From assembly GCA_951406725.2 (NCBI GenBank), contig OX597823.1:29388001-29452000 (forward strand): a stretch of DNA of 64,000 nt. The letters are read 5' to 3'. Below the pieces are notes generated by a model. The model had not been told where the DNA came from and did no database searches. It saw only the letters and a list, made by a program, of their open reading frames with translations. The DNA is from Octopus vulgaris (Eukaryota). Every line of letters begins with the position of its first letter. The first letter of the stretch is position 1. The position numbers were made by a program, and so were the translations under genes. Below, one piece after another: positions 45,238 to 57,374 of this stretch.

Positions 45238-46215
45238 TCAGTAGGCGCCGCAGTTTTTAAGGGGGTGGGAGGTTTTAATAATGTAGGGGTTTGTGAGTGC
45301 GAGGGCTGGGTTTTTTTCTTCAGTTTGTTTTGGGGTTGGCACCGTAACAGCAGGAGTGGGATTTTTTGTTTTTGTAGGGGTAGGTGAGTTTGCAAGGGTA
45401 AGGATTTTTTTATTATCTGAGGGGCCTGGTGTCTGCGGTTTCTTTTGCTTGTCTGGACAGTCTACACGAATGTGGCCCTTTTTGCCGCAGGCGTAACAGG
45501 TGGGTTTTCGGCCTTCGACCTGTACCCTGAGGGCTACGTTCTCGCCCACGAGCACCCTCTCAGGAAGGAGCTGCAGGTCCTCCGGTGTTCCTTGAATTAT
45601 TATATTAATGTTTCGCCCAAGCCAATATAGAGGGGCAGAGCATGTTACTTGTAGTATTTTAATTTTGTCCGTCCTTTTATATAACAGGGCGGCCACTACC
45701 TCTACCGGATCTACTTCAGGCGGGGCTTCTGCAATCCTGACCCGGGACGTCTTGCGTCCCCTATAGCTTGGGAAAAGTACCACCTCCTTGGTTTTTAGGG
45801 GGTTCACAGAATGCCCGCGGGCCACCTCTTCCCCCGAGAAGCGGACATCCACAGTGCCATATGCCCGTCCCCTGGCGACGTACACAATGTCCTTCCAAAT
45901 CGGGGACAGGCATTTCTCGATGGTGTTTTTTTCAAAGTGTTTGAACCTTCTGCTTTGTGGACAGAAGGTTTTAAACACTACGGTCCGCTTCTCGGTCTCC
46001 ACGATACTGGCGGAGGGTGATATTTTAACATCACCACCCTCCTCTTGCATTCTTTTAAATAGCTCGACGAGCTGATTGACATTGATGTCAATGTTCTCGG
46101 TAGCCACTGCGGCTACCGCAGAAAATTTTTTACTACAGTTAACATTGCTCTCCTCAAGAGCACTACTTTCGTGAATAATCTCAACAGACATTATTCTGTT
46201 GAAATTAGACAACAC
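45238..46215 (-). pseudogene. Tx1 ORF1 (gag-like); C-terminus probably continues after frameshifts to ~44780
   Basis: CYACGKKGHIRVDC zinc knuckle, located upstream of ORF2. Confidence 0.85.
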
Positions 46216-46526
46216 AAAAATTATGAATATTGGTTTCCCACAAAACTGGGAAACCTATAGAAAGTTTTTCTTCCAAAGTAGTTCAATACGTGGTAAAAAG
46301 CAGTTCAAAAAATTCCAATTCCCACCCCCATTTGGGGGAGGGGCACGAAAATAGTCTGGCAAGACTATATATAGTCACGTAGATAAAAAGCCACAATGGC
46401 TAACAGTTCAACAGTAACAAATTATCCAATTATTCCCTGGTAAAACCGGAGAACAAGACAGTTCAACAGCGTTCAAAAACAAATTTTCAGTAGTAAAATT
46501 CAACAATTAACAACACAGACTATCAG

Positions 46527-46896
46527 CAGGCAGTCGTCGTGGCCGAGTGGTTAAGGCGATGGACTAGAAATCCATTGGGGTCTCCCCGCATGGGTTCGAA
46601 TCCTATCGGCGACGTTGATATTTTTGTGGAGGGGTTCTTTTTTTTAACATGGTCTTTTGTTCTTTTACTTCTTTCAGTCATTTGACTGCGGCCATGCTGG
46701 GGCAGCGCGTTTAGTTGAGCAAATCGATTCCCACGACTTATTCTTTCAAAGCCTAATACGTATTCTATCTGTCCGTTAGGCCGAACAGCTAAGTTACGGG
46801 GTCGTAAACACACCAGCATCGGTTGTCAAGCGATGGTGGGGGGACAAACACAGACACACACACATATATATATACATACATATATAGAAGCCCATC

Positions 46897-46972
<76 letters not shown>

Positions 46973-47112
46973 GATGGGCTTCTTTCAGTTTCTCTCTACC
47001 AAATCCATTCACAAGGCTTTGGTCGGCCCGAAGCTTCAGTAGAAGATACTTGCACAAGGTGCCAAGCAATGGGACTGATCCCGTAACCATGTGGTTGGTA
47101 AGCAAGCTACTT
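46527..47112 (+). repeat. Right copy (586 bp) of the duplicated segment
   Basis: CAGGCA-tRNA-SINE...AGCAAGCTACTT; here the SINE continues normally (ACCACACAGCCAC). Confidence 0.9.
46533..46614 (+). tRNA. tRNA-Ser(AGA), T-stem variant
   Basis: One change, ATAGG to ATGGG, giving a G-U pair; lacks the shared upstream module. Confidence 0.9.
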
Positions 47113-47305
47113 ACCACACAGCCACTTCTGTAAAATATTTTTATATTCTCCTAGATAAACAATATAGTTTGTGTAAGATTTCCTGTTGCTGAAAGCGTTG
47201 TTAACATATATTTGTATACAAATAGTTTACATCCTAATAATTCCTCTAACTTCACCATGTTGTTGGGCAAATTTACAAAGGTTAAAACCACTTTAAATGT
47301 GTTAA

Positions 47306-47516
47306 AACTTTCGGTACCAGCCCGGCTGAAACCGTCTCTGGCTCTGAATACAAATATCTTGTTTTGAATTAAAATTTTCCACCAAACCTTAGTCACAATT
47401 TATGTTCCTAACACTAGCTGAATGATAACTAAGTTATTTTACTAAATCCTTTCTTATATCTAAATTTAATTGAAAGGAACACAGAACATCTCAAAATAAA
47501 TGCTGTAACGAAAGGA
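47306..47516. mobile_element. Decayed piggyBac-type MITE
   Basis: TTAA flanks; CTTTCGGTAC / GTAACGAAAG imperfect TIRs. Confidence 0.55.
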
Positions 47517-48459
47517 TTAAACATAGCGATTTGTTTTCCTCCTTTCAATCCTCACAGGCCTACCACAGTGGATCTGACCCGACTAACAGCTACGACAAAC
47601 TTATACTGTACCAAACCCTATACAGTCACTGCAACATACAATACCACCTTATATACATCAGACTAAACTATATAACCCTATATACTGGATTGGAAAAGTT
47701 GGAGATGCCTTTGTCCTCATCACTGAATACCCATACCTGGTTTACGTCGGACGGCACCATCAAATTCTATGTGTACACGCGTGTGTGTGTGGGTGTATGT
47801 GTGTATGATTTTGTGTATCTGTTGTGCGTGTGTAACACGTTTATCTCTCTTACAACATTCAAGAGGACATTAACTTATACATATATACGACGGGCTTCTT
47901 TCAGTTTCCGTCTACTAAACACACTCACAAGGCTTTGGTCAACCCTGGCTACAGTGGGAGGCTCTTACCCAAGGTGCCATGCAGTGGAACTGCACACTGT
48001 CATATTAAAGATATGTCAAGTAAAAGTGCAGATAGTCACGGTGGATTGTCTTTGATAATAGGACTCCTGTATCGTGTCTGACTTGGAGGCCAAACAACAG
48101 CCCCACCGTCTTTTCTCAGAGCCATCACCACCTCAATCATCTACAAAATCACCAACGTCAATGCGACCACCACCAACACCACCGCCACCGCCACTACCGT
48201 TTCCCTAAAACACCAACATCAATACCTCCCCCACCCACCCCAACAAAGCATCCACTAATATTCTTTTCTAGTCTAGGCACAAGGCCGATCGATCCCAGTA
48301 CGCAACTGGTACTTAATTTATCGACCCTGAAATTATGAAAGACAAAATTGTGCCAAAAAATGGCATGTTCTTTCATTACTGAGTCATTTCAATTAACCTC
48401 ACAGACAAGGCTGACCTTTTTCTTTTTAGAACAGAAATGAAGGCACCTGAGCAACGTAA

Positions 48460-48542
48460 GTCGTTGTGGCCGAGTGGTTAAGGTTATAGACTTGAAATCC
48501 ATTGGGGTCTCCCCCGCATAGGTTCGAATTCTATCGGCGACG
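48460..48542 (+). pseudogene. Degenerate tRNA-Ser(TGA)
   Basis: Anticodon-stem mismatch, D- and T-arm substitutions, 1-nt insertion. Confidence 0.8.
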
Positions 48543-49003
48543 GGTTGTTTCTATTTTTGCTTTCTTTTTTTATGAACAGAAAGTGATTTTATATTTTTAT
48601 TAATAAACAATAAGTTTTTTATTTAGCTATAAGGTCAACTTTGAAAGAAAGGTGCTACCAGAAACCGTCTACCACCAGAACGTGACTGATACTTAATTTT
48701 ATCAACCCCAGATGAATTAATAGGTAAAGTAGAGCTCATCTGGAATTGAACTGAAAACTTTAAAACCCAGAATAAACATTGCAAGACATAAATATCGCAA
48801 GACATTAACAATCCATCAAATTCATCCGTCCTAATATAATCATTTCATCCATCCAATATTTCGAGCAATTTCTCGCATTCTAATAGATGATCACACAAGG
48901 CATCGAAACTTCTCCTCTAACACTAACACATTACACTAAATAATAAAATTAGTTTGTGTTTTTTCACCAATTAGTAGTGTTATAAAGCGTTAATATTAAT
49001 GCA

Positions 49004-49085
49004 ATCATCGTGGCTGAGTGGTTAAGGCGATTGATTTAACATCCGTTGGAGTATACCTGCGTAGTCTCCGATCCTGTTGAAGACG
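49004..49085 (+). pseudogene. Highly degenerate tRNA-Ser copy
   Basis: TCGTGGCTGAGTGGTTAAGGCGAT start; B box destroyed; shared upstream module present. Confidence 0.75.
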
Positions 49086-49149
49086 TTAGTTTCATTTTTT
49101 CCATTTTTTGTCATTTAACATATATAAAATAAGTTAATAATTTCCCCTG

Positions 49150-49480
49150 TGGAGGTGCAATGGTCTAGTGGTTAGGGGAGCGGTCGTAGGAGCGCAGTGA
49201 GTGTTTATTGAGCGAAAACACCTAAAGTTCCACGGGACTCCGGCAGGGGTGGTTGCGAACCCACCTGTACTCTTTCTCTCACTCTTTCTTCCTGTTTCCT
49301 TTGTACCTCTATTTCAAAAGGCCATTCTTGTCACGCTGAATCTCCGCGAGAACTACGTTAACGGCACACATGTCTCTGTGGAGTGCTCAGCCACTTGTAA
49401 GTTGATTTCACGAGCAGGCTGTTCCGTTGATTAGATCAACTGGAACCATCGTCGTCGCAACCGACGGAGTACCACAATAG
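49150..49480 (+). mobile_element. Probable tRNA-derived SINE (family D), partly deleted head
   Basis: TGGTCTAGTGG A-box-like start; single copy in the window. Confidence 0.45.
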
Positions 49481-49859
49481 TTTCCTCGATAAAGAACTAT
49501 TTTGTTGTGTGTGTGGGCGTTTCTTTCAGATGTTTGAAAATTTCCTTTTGCAGTCATAAGTCCCCTCATTCCAACAGCTGTTTTCCTCCATCTACAGCTC
49601 CCTAAAACTCAGTCTCATCGCTGTCCTCTGGTCAGTGACATTTAGCCTTTAAATTTTCTGCTCATCGACACCTTTTTTTTTTCTTTCTTTGTCTTTCCAT
49701 CTACTTCCTTAAAGTACAGAGATCTCCAGCCTTGTTTGGGAGAAAGTTTTTCTTTTTCCGTCTTTGCACGACAGTAAAACATTACATTAGACAACACTAC
49801 TCAACACATACGTCACACAACACAACATCTAAGCTCATACATCATACAAGGTAATAATA

Positions 49860-50069
49860 CAGAGTGGGCCAAAAGTAGGTTTACAGTTATTCAACAATCT
49901 CTTTCGCGTTCATATATTAACAGCTTCGATCTTTATTTAAAAAATATGAAACCATTATTCTATGCTAATTTAGTTCATTGCAAGAAAGAAATTTAAATGT
50001 AATAAAGTGTTTTAAAAGAAATTTAAAGTGCCTATGCGATAACTGTAAGCCTACTTTGGGGCCACCCTG
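49860..50069. mobile_element. Tc1/mariner-type MITE (210 bp)
   Basis: TA flanks; 29-bp TIRs CAGAGTGGGCCAAAAGTAGGTTTACAGTT / CAGGGTGGCCCCAAAGTAGGCTTACAGTT. Confidence 0.85.
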
Positions 50070-50140
50070 TATGATGTTTGATTTGTTTTGTTTTTTTTTT
50101 TTTGCCAATTAGATCTTTTATGGAGAAATGGTATCGTACA

Positions 50141-50222
50141 GTCGTCGTGGCCGAGTGGTTAAGGCGATGGACTTGAAATCCATTGGGATATTCCCGCATA
50201 GGTTCGAATCCTATCGGCGACG
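50141..50222 (+). tRNA. tRNA-Ser(TGA), variable-arm variant
   Basis: Intact cloverleaf; variable arm GGGA-TAT-TCCC (compensatory change). Confidence 0.93.
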
Positions 50223-50559
50223 TGGGTTTTTTTTTCTTTTTTTTTTTAATGAGCAGAACGTTATTTTATATTTTAATCAATAAATAATAATTTTTGATTT
50301 AGGCACAAATTCAATACTTTTGAAAGGCAAGATCTGCTAGAAACCATCGACCGCAGGACTTGACTGGTACCTTATTTTATCGATCTCTCCGCTGGGATTG
50401 AACTGAGAACTTACAGATCCAAAACACATACTGCAAGATGTGTAGCCACATCTAAACTCTTTCATACACTAAAATACATTACACAAGATAATGATATGAT
50501 GATAGTTCTTTTCCTTTTTTATCCATTAGTAGATATATGAAGCAACCTGTTGTGGTGTG

Positions 50560-50640
50560 GTGGTTGTGGCCGAGTGGTGAAGACATTGGAGTAGATATCG
50601 TTTGGGTCTCACTGCGTGGGTGCGAATCTTATCGATGACC
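50560..50640 (+). pseudogene. Degenerate tRNA-Ser copy
   Basis: GTGGCCGAGTGG retained, stems broken, upstream module intact. Confidence 0.75.
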
Positions 50641-51819
50641 TTTTTTTCTATTCTAGGGGAACATTCCTCCCGCCCACCTTATTTTCATTAACACATATGA
50701 AGTCATTTTTTTTATTTTTCTAGATAAACTCGTGAATTAACGTGTGTATTTCATCCATTTTGTACTTCAACTTACTGGATGCATTTTCATAGGACTGTAG
50801 TAGAATTAATGATCTCTCTGTACAAGGGCCCGGTAACAGGGGGTGCAGCGGGTGCACCTGCACCCCTTGGAATTTTCAAGTGGTGCAAGATCAAAATTTG
50901 CACCCCCTACATAATTTTACCAGTTTCAGAAAATAGTGTCTAAAAAATTATGTGTATAAGATGCTTGAAGCTAGATTTCGTTTCAAAGCAAAAACAAAGA
51001 ACAAAACTAAATAAATAAAAGTGATGAAGCCGGGCTTAAAATTCCCAAGGGAATTTATGACTAACCAACTTCTGAAGCAAAGTAGCGTCAAAATAAAAAG
51101 TTTGTGACAACAACAACAGTAGCAGCAAACAACAAGAGCAACAACATGACCAGCATCTAAGGCTACTCTTCAATACATAGCATTACTTGGATTCTTGAAG
51201 ACAGCTCTATTCTGACAAAAATAACTCCAAAATCTTGCAATGCTGAAAATGTGTGAAGGTTCTTGTCCTCTCTCAGTCTGTCACCTCTCTCAAGTTCTTT
51301 GAAGTTGATGTTGCTAAAGTCTGACGACATGGTTGAATGGATTCGACTGTTTGACCTCAGTCTAAAAATAAAAGCCCTTTAAAAATTCTTTCAGTCATAT
51401 CGGTTTTCTCATTTAGGTTGTTAGGTCCAAAGTTTGACAAGGGAACAAAATGATTTATTTTTATCTTTGATATTTAATACTCACTGTTAAATGTTTTGAT
51501 ACTTATTGCTCATTCGAAATACTAGTCCAGTTTAATAAAAAAAAAGATTTTGAAAGGAAACATTTAACTATAAATGATTGCAGACCAACCCCGAAATTAA
51601 CTAATTTGCAAAGAAATGGATTCGACAATTTCAGACTAATTCATATAAAAAGGAAATGATATTAAAAGCATTACCTACCGTCATCCTAACGCAGTTAACC
51701 ACGTAGATCACTTCAAGCATTCAAGATTCATCCATTGGTGACTTTGTGGATTTCTTCCTTCCTGAGCTATCGAACCTTTTGGGTACAGATAAATGGAGAT
51801 CTCTCCGCGGAGACGAATG

Positions 51820-52630
51820 CATGCAGTGGCGTTCCCCAGGGGGTCGGTGCTGGGGTCAATACTTTTCCTTCTCTATATCAACGACCTGCCAGATTTTCTT
51901 GATGGAAGAGTTCTCCTATTTGCGGACGACGTCAAACTTGTCTCACCGAGGAATCAATACGACATACTCCAATCGTCGCTGAACAGAACTTGGAATTGGG
52001 CGGAAGAATGGAATCTGAACTTGAACGCCTCAAAATGCAGTCATTTGCCAATAGGTTCACCTCCAAACTCTTCCTTGACTATTGGCCACAAACATCAACA
52101 TCTTAAGATGGTCACTGAAGAAAAGGATCTTAGCATAAGGATAGATACTACTTTCAAACTACCACGGCAGGGTATCGAGGCAGCAAACAAAGCCAGAAGG
52201 AATCTTTTCCTCATCCACCGATCCTCTGCCAACCTTTCAATGGACGTCTTTTGGCCTGTATATATCACTCTAGTTCGACCCATCCTCGAATATTACATCC
52301 ATACCTCAAACTCATATCTCCAGAAAGACATTCAGCACCTGGAACGGGTTCAGCACTTGGCCACCCGAATGGGCGCGGGCTTGTCTAAGCTTGCGTAAGA
52401 GGAACATCTCCAACGGCTGGCATTGCCTTCACTCAAATGACGGAGGATGCAGGGAGATCTCATCCGACTTTCAACATCTTCAACAGACATGTAAACCTAC
52501 CATTTGCGGAGATTTTCATCTCTGCGCCGGATAGAGGTCTTCGTGGGCATGATCACAAACTCTATCCCCGACACTTTCGTTTCAACAGGCGGAAGGCCGC
52601 ATTCTCTGTCCGTATCGCAGCCCCGTGCAT
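51820..52630 (+). pseudogene. CR1-group LINE RT fragment
   Basis: GSVLGSILFLLYINDL, LFADDVKL, LVRPILEY, LERVQ. Confidence 0.9.
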
Positions 52631-52699
52631 AATCCGTATCACAGCCCTATGCATAATCCAAGCGAATTCTTTGATCCCACAACTCACGTGCAGAGACAC

Positions 52700-53100
52700 A
52701 ACTTAAAATTAATATCATGGAAGTTGATATACTTGCGGCTATTAATGATTTAAACCCAAACTCAGCATCTGTACCAAATAGTATTCCAGTTATATTGTTA
52801 AAAACGTGCAAAAACCACTACATGAAATCATTAAAGGTACTATTTCAAAAGTCGCCAGATACCGCCATATTCCCGAGACTATTGAAAGAAGCTATAATAA
52901 AACCTATATAGGTACAAAGGAGGTAGCAGTGCTGAAGCTAAAAATTACAAACCTGTTTCCCTCACGTCTTACACGTCTAAAATTATCCAATGCCTTGTCC
53001 GAAGACAATAATTAATAACATACCTGGAGGAAAAGAACTTAGATGACACTCGATATAGGTTTCGGACTGAACGAAGTTGCCTGTCACAATTCTTACAGCA
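52700..53100 (+). pseudogene. LINE RT N-terminal fragment (separate insertion)
   Basis: NPNSAS...LLKTC...LKEAIIKPI..KGG...NYKPVSLTS. Confidence 0.75.
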
Positions 53101-53589
53101 TCATAACTTTCCTGTCTCCTGTTTCTTAAAAAGAGCTTTGCTCGAAACATAAAATCAACTTTCTTTTCCTGAGCGTCTGCTAATACTTTGCAATTACCAC
53201 GTTCTTGCGTTGTTATTTTTTCTTGTGTCTGTTCTTGATTTATTATTTGCTATATATATGTATATATAAAGATTCAGATGAATCTGGTACTTAAGTTGAA
53301 GGCACCAGAATTTAGTAAGGCATTATCCATATAATTTAAAATAAGGTGATTATAATCAAAATAAGCAACAAGGATGTCCAGAGGTAACGTACTACGATCG
53401 TTTCATGTGACTCTATTTAATTGAAAACGCAAACAGTACATCAATTTAGAAGGTAGAGCAATCTTCAGCTGCATAAAAATATAGCATTTAGTAAAATTTG
53501 AAAGATTCATTCGTATAATTTTTTGTCCAAATTCACTAAGAGGATAAGGAGATAGACAAAGAACACTTTTACCAACATCACAGTTGTAA

Positions 53590-54712
53590 CTGAGATTTTT
53601 CAAAATGTTTCTGGAAAATTCCGAGGATTTCATGGAAAGTTCCGAAGATGAGATTTCGTAGAAAATTACGAGGATTTCATGGAAAGTTCCTAGGACGACA
53701 CTTCCTGGCAAATTCCAAGGATTTCATGGAAACTTCCGACCATGAGACTTTCATGAAAATTCCGAGGATTTCATACAAAGTTATGAGGATAAGACGTCCT
53801 GGAAAATTCCGAGGATATTGTCGAAAGTCACGAGGAGGAAGACTTCATAGAAAGTACCGAGTATGAAACTTTCTGGAAAATTCTGAGGAGATTCCTGGAA
53901 AATTCTGAGTATTTCATGGAAACTTCCGAGGATGAGACTTCTTGAAAAATTCCGAGGATTTCATGGAAAGTTCCAACGAATTCCGGAAAAGTTCCAAGGA
54001 TTTACTAACTTCCTGGAAAATTGGGCGAAAACTACCTGGACAGTTCCGATGAATTTCTAACTTCCAGGAAATATGGTCGAAAACCTCCAGGAATGTTCCG
54101 AGGTTTATCTAACCTCCGAGAGATTTGGTCGAAAACTTCCTGGGAAGTCCCGATGATGTTCTAACTTCCGAGAAATTTGGTCGAATACTTCCTGGAAAGT
54201 TACGGAGACTTTCTAACTTCCGGGAAGTTTGGTCGAATAATTCCTGGAAAGTTCCGAGGATTTTCTAACTTCCGGAAAGTTTGGTCAAAAACTTCTTGGA
54301 AAGTTCCGAGGCTCTTGTAACATCGTGGAAACCTCCTGGAATGTTCCGAGGATTTTCTAGCTTCCGTGAGATTTGGTCGGAAACCTCCCTGGAAAGTTCC
54401 GATGATTTTCTATCTTCCGGGAAATTTGGTCGAAAACTTCCTGGGAAGTCCGAGAGTTTTCTAACTTCCATGCGATTTGGTCTAAAATCTCCCTGGAAAG
54501 TTCCGAGGATTTTCTAACTTCCGGGAGTTTGGGTCGAACATTTCCTGGAAAGTTCCGATGGTTTTATTGAAAGTTCCGAGGGTTTTCTACCTTTCTAGAA
54601 AATTGATCGAAACCCTCCTGGAAAGTTCCAAGGATTCCCTAGCTGCCTGGAAAATTGTCGAAAACTTCCTGGAAAGTTCAGAATCCGGTATCAGGGAAAC
54701 ACTCTGGAACTT
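53590..54712. repeat. Degenerate tandem array built on TTCCTGGAAAGTTCCGAGG (short units grading into ~52-bp units)
   Basis: Directly visible recurrent motif. Confidence 0.9.
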
Positions 54713-54724
54713 TTGGTGCTCTCA

Positions 54725-55900
54725 CAGCCTTATTTAGCCCTCGCAATTTGGTTTTATCCGTAACTCTAGCTGCTGTCGTCGAATTTATTGAGGACATAAC
54801 CTGAGTTATTGATGGCGGCTCATGGGTGGATACTGTCTACTCTGATTTTGCTAAAGCCTTCAGCTCTGTACCACACAAATGACTTGTGGTAAAAATCCCT
54901 GCAGTGAGTGTGAAGGATTATCTCTATAACTCGTTGAAGTCCTTCATTCTCGGCCAGAGAGATGTAGTTACAGTTCAAGGACATCGTTCTTCACCCTACA
55001 AGATTACTTCTCGTGTACCACAGGGATCTGTTCTTGGACCCTTACTGTTGGTTGCATATGTTAATGATATAGATGCCAATTTGAGGAATGTTTCAGTGGA
55101 GAAATATGCAGATGACACCAAGCTGTACCTTGAAATAAAAAGAACAGATCCTATCCTGCAATCAGACCTGGATACAATGCAGCAGTGGACCTCTGACTGG
55201 CAACTCAAGTTAGCTGTAGACAAGTATGTCACCATGCATTTTGGGAGGAAAAATCCACCCTTTACATACTCCCTCAGCAACACCAATCTCAAGAAGTCTT
55301 CTAGTGGACATGATCTGGATATTATTGTAAACAACAATCTGCATTGGACAAACCACATATCTAAGATTGTCAAAAAGGCTGGGGGTGCTAGCATCACTCA
55401 GTAAGACCTTTGTCAGCCACTCTCCAGCTATCTATTTAAAATTGTATACGACAGTGGTATGTCCACACTTGGAATTTGCATCACTAGTCTGGATCCCCTC
55501 TCTTGCTCAGCATATATATCTCCTGGAAACTGTTCAGAAATTTGCAACAAAGCGAATACCCGCCGTCAGACATCTACCATACTCTGAACGTCTTGCATTC
55601 CTGGGCATGGATACATTGAAACCCAGACGTCTGATAACTGACTTGATTGACACCCACAAGATTATCCACCATATTTCCAACAACAACCTTGGGTCCTTTT
55701 TGAATTTCATATGGCAAACACTCACGGACATGCTTATAAAATCAAAAAATAACACAGCACCCATGACTTTCGGAAACAATTTTTCATGCTCAGAATTGCA
55801 GAAGCATGGAATAAACCACCTGCATCAGTTGTTAGCTGACAAGACACTACATCCTTCAAAGCTTCCATGTGTCCTGAAATCCGCCAACCGTACACCTGAT
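54725..55900 (+). pseudogene. CR1-group LINE RT fragment
   Basis: DFAKAF, VPQGSVLGPLL, YADDTKL, PHLEFA, LPYSERL. Confidence 0.9.
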
Positions 55901-56369
55901 GGCCATTTGTTTTCTTTTTAATTGAGCACTGTATACAACAATTTCCTTCATCATTATATATGTGCGTGTGTTGACTTTCTGTGCAACATTTTATGACTGT
56001 TAGTCAATGTAATGTCACACACTCACTTCTGTTCCCACTCAGTGGTACCCTACACAGTGTTCAATATTTGGTGCAAGACTTTCTCTCTTTTCTATCTATT
56101 TCTCTGTCCTTCTCCTCTCCCCTCTATCTACCTCTCTACCTATCTGCTGCTTTTTTCTCTTTACTGCCTTCCGTTTCTTCCTCTGTCCATCTCTGTCAAC
56201 TACCTACTGTCTATCTTTATTCCCTTATTTCTCTGCACTCTCTCTTTCTTCCTACTTGCTCTTCCCTAACCTTCTCTACTCTCTTTCTTCACTTTTTTTG
56301 GTACCAAAAGACAATCCAATCTTTTATCACTCATCGTTTTTCTACATGACCAGTGCATAGGTAAGACAT

Positions 56370-56557
56370 CATTGTTTAATGTCCATTTTCCATGCTGGAA
56401 TAGGTTGAATGGTTCGACTGGGGCCTGGAAAGCCAGGAGGCTACACCAGGCTCCAGTCTGATCTGGCAGTGTTTCTACAGCTGGATGCCCTTCCTAACGC
56501 CAACCACTCTGAGAGTATAGTGGGTACTGTTTTTACGTACCACCGGCACAGGGGCCA
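56370..56557 (-). mobile_element. Short retroposon fragment with RTE-like tail
   Basis: Minus strand GGCGTTAGGAAGGGCATCCAGC...CATGGAAAATGGACATTAAAC-AATGATG. Confidence 0.5.
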
Positions 56558-56869
56558 ATTTCCTGCCTAGTACTCATTTCAGATCCCCAGTTTATCTTTT
56601 CACTCTCCATTTTTTCCTTTCCTTCTAACTTCCTTCCCTCTACCCCATCTTTCTATCCTTCTCCTGAGCCTTCTCATTGTACCTTTGGAACACAAGCACC
56701 ACTATTTTCTTCCTTTTTTCTTTGTTAGTTTTTGTCATGTAGTGTCCCACATTTTGAAATACTTGCAATTTGTATTTTTACTGCTTATTTTAGCTCTGCT
56801 TGATACATTTCCAAAATTAAACATTTTAATATGCAAAATATACTTCACATTATTATATATATTATGCAT

Positions 56870-57374
56870 TAATGCAAAAAATATTGTGTTTATTGGCTAT
56901 CTTCAAAATGATCACACCATCAATGGAAAATTTCAATACCAACTTCCTAAGGCAGTTACGAAAGGCTGTCAAGGCCAAACACCCAGAAAAACTAATGAAT
57001 GGGGTCTTGTTTCATTAGGACAATGCTTCAGCACACAAGTCCTTGGTTTCAATGGCTGCTGTGTGTGACTGGCTTTGAACTGGTTGATCATCCTCCCTAT
57101 GTTAGTGATTTGATTCCTTCTGGTTATCATCTGTTTCCCAACATAGAAAAACACTCAGCTGAGCACCAGCATCCCTATGATGAGAACATCTTATCTGTTG
57201 TTGATGACCATTTTGATCAACAGAAAAGCTTCTTCACCAGTGCGACCCAAGCACTGCAACTACTAATGGAAGTATGTGGACAGTAAGAGGAGCTGTGTTA
57301 GAAAATGAACTTCATTTGGTCACATTCCATTGAGAGTGTCTTGCTCAGATTATGAACATTTCAGCCGACCCTCA
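56870..57374 (+). mobile_element. Decayed mariner 3' half
   Basis: FELVDHPPYVSDLIPSGYHLFPN; TIR-like end CAGCCGACCCTCA-TA. Confidence 0.8.

Larger units (their letters stand above)
41185..46526 (-). mobile_element. Full-length Tx1/L1-clade non-LTR retrotransposon (~5.3 kb), inactivated
   Basis: 5' UTR, ORF1 with CCHC knuckle, ORF2 APE-RT-zinc finger; ends defined by the flanking direct duplication. Confidence 0.93.

Noticed and set aside
47531-48055. 174-aa ORF in the tRNA spacer
   Set aside because: Runs through spacer and SINE sequence; the paralog at ~37090 is not open
49004-49085. tRNA-Ser body with TAA anticodon as a mistranslating tRNA
   Set aside because: B box, T stem and acceptor stem are broken; pseudogene
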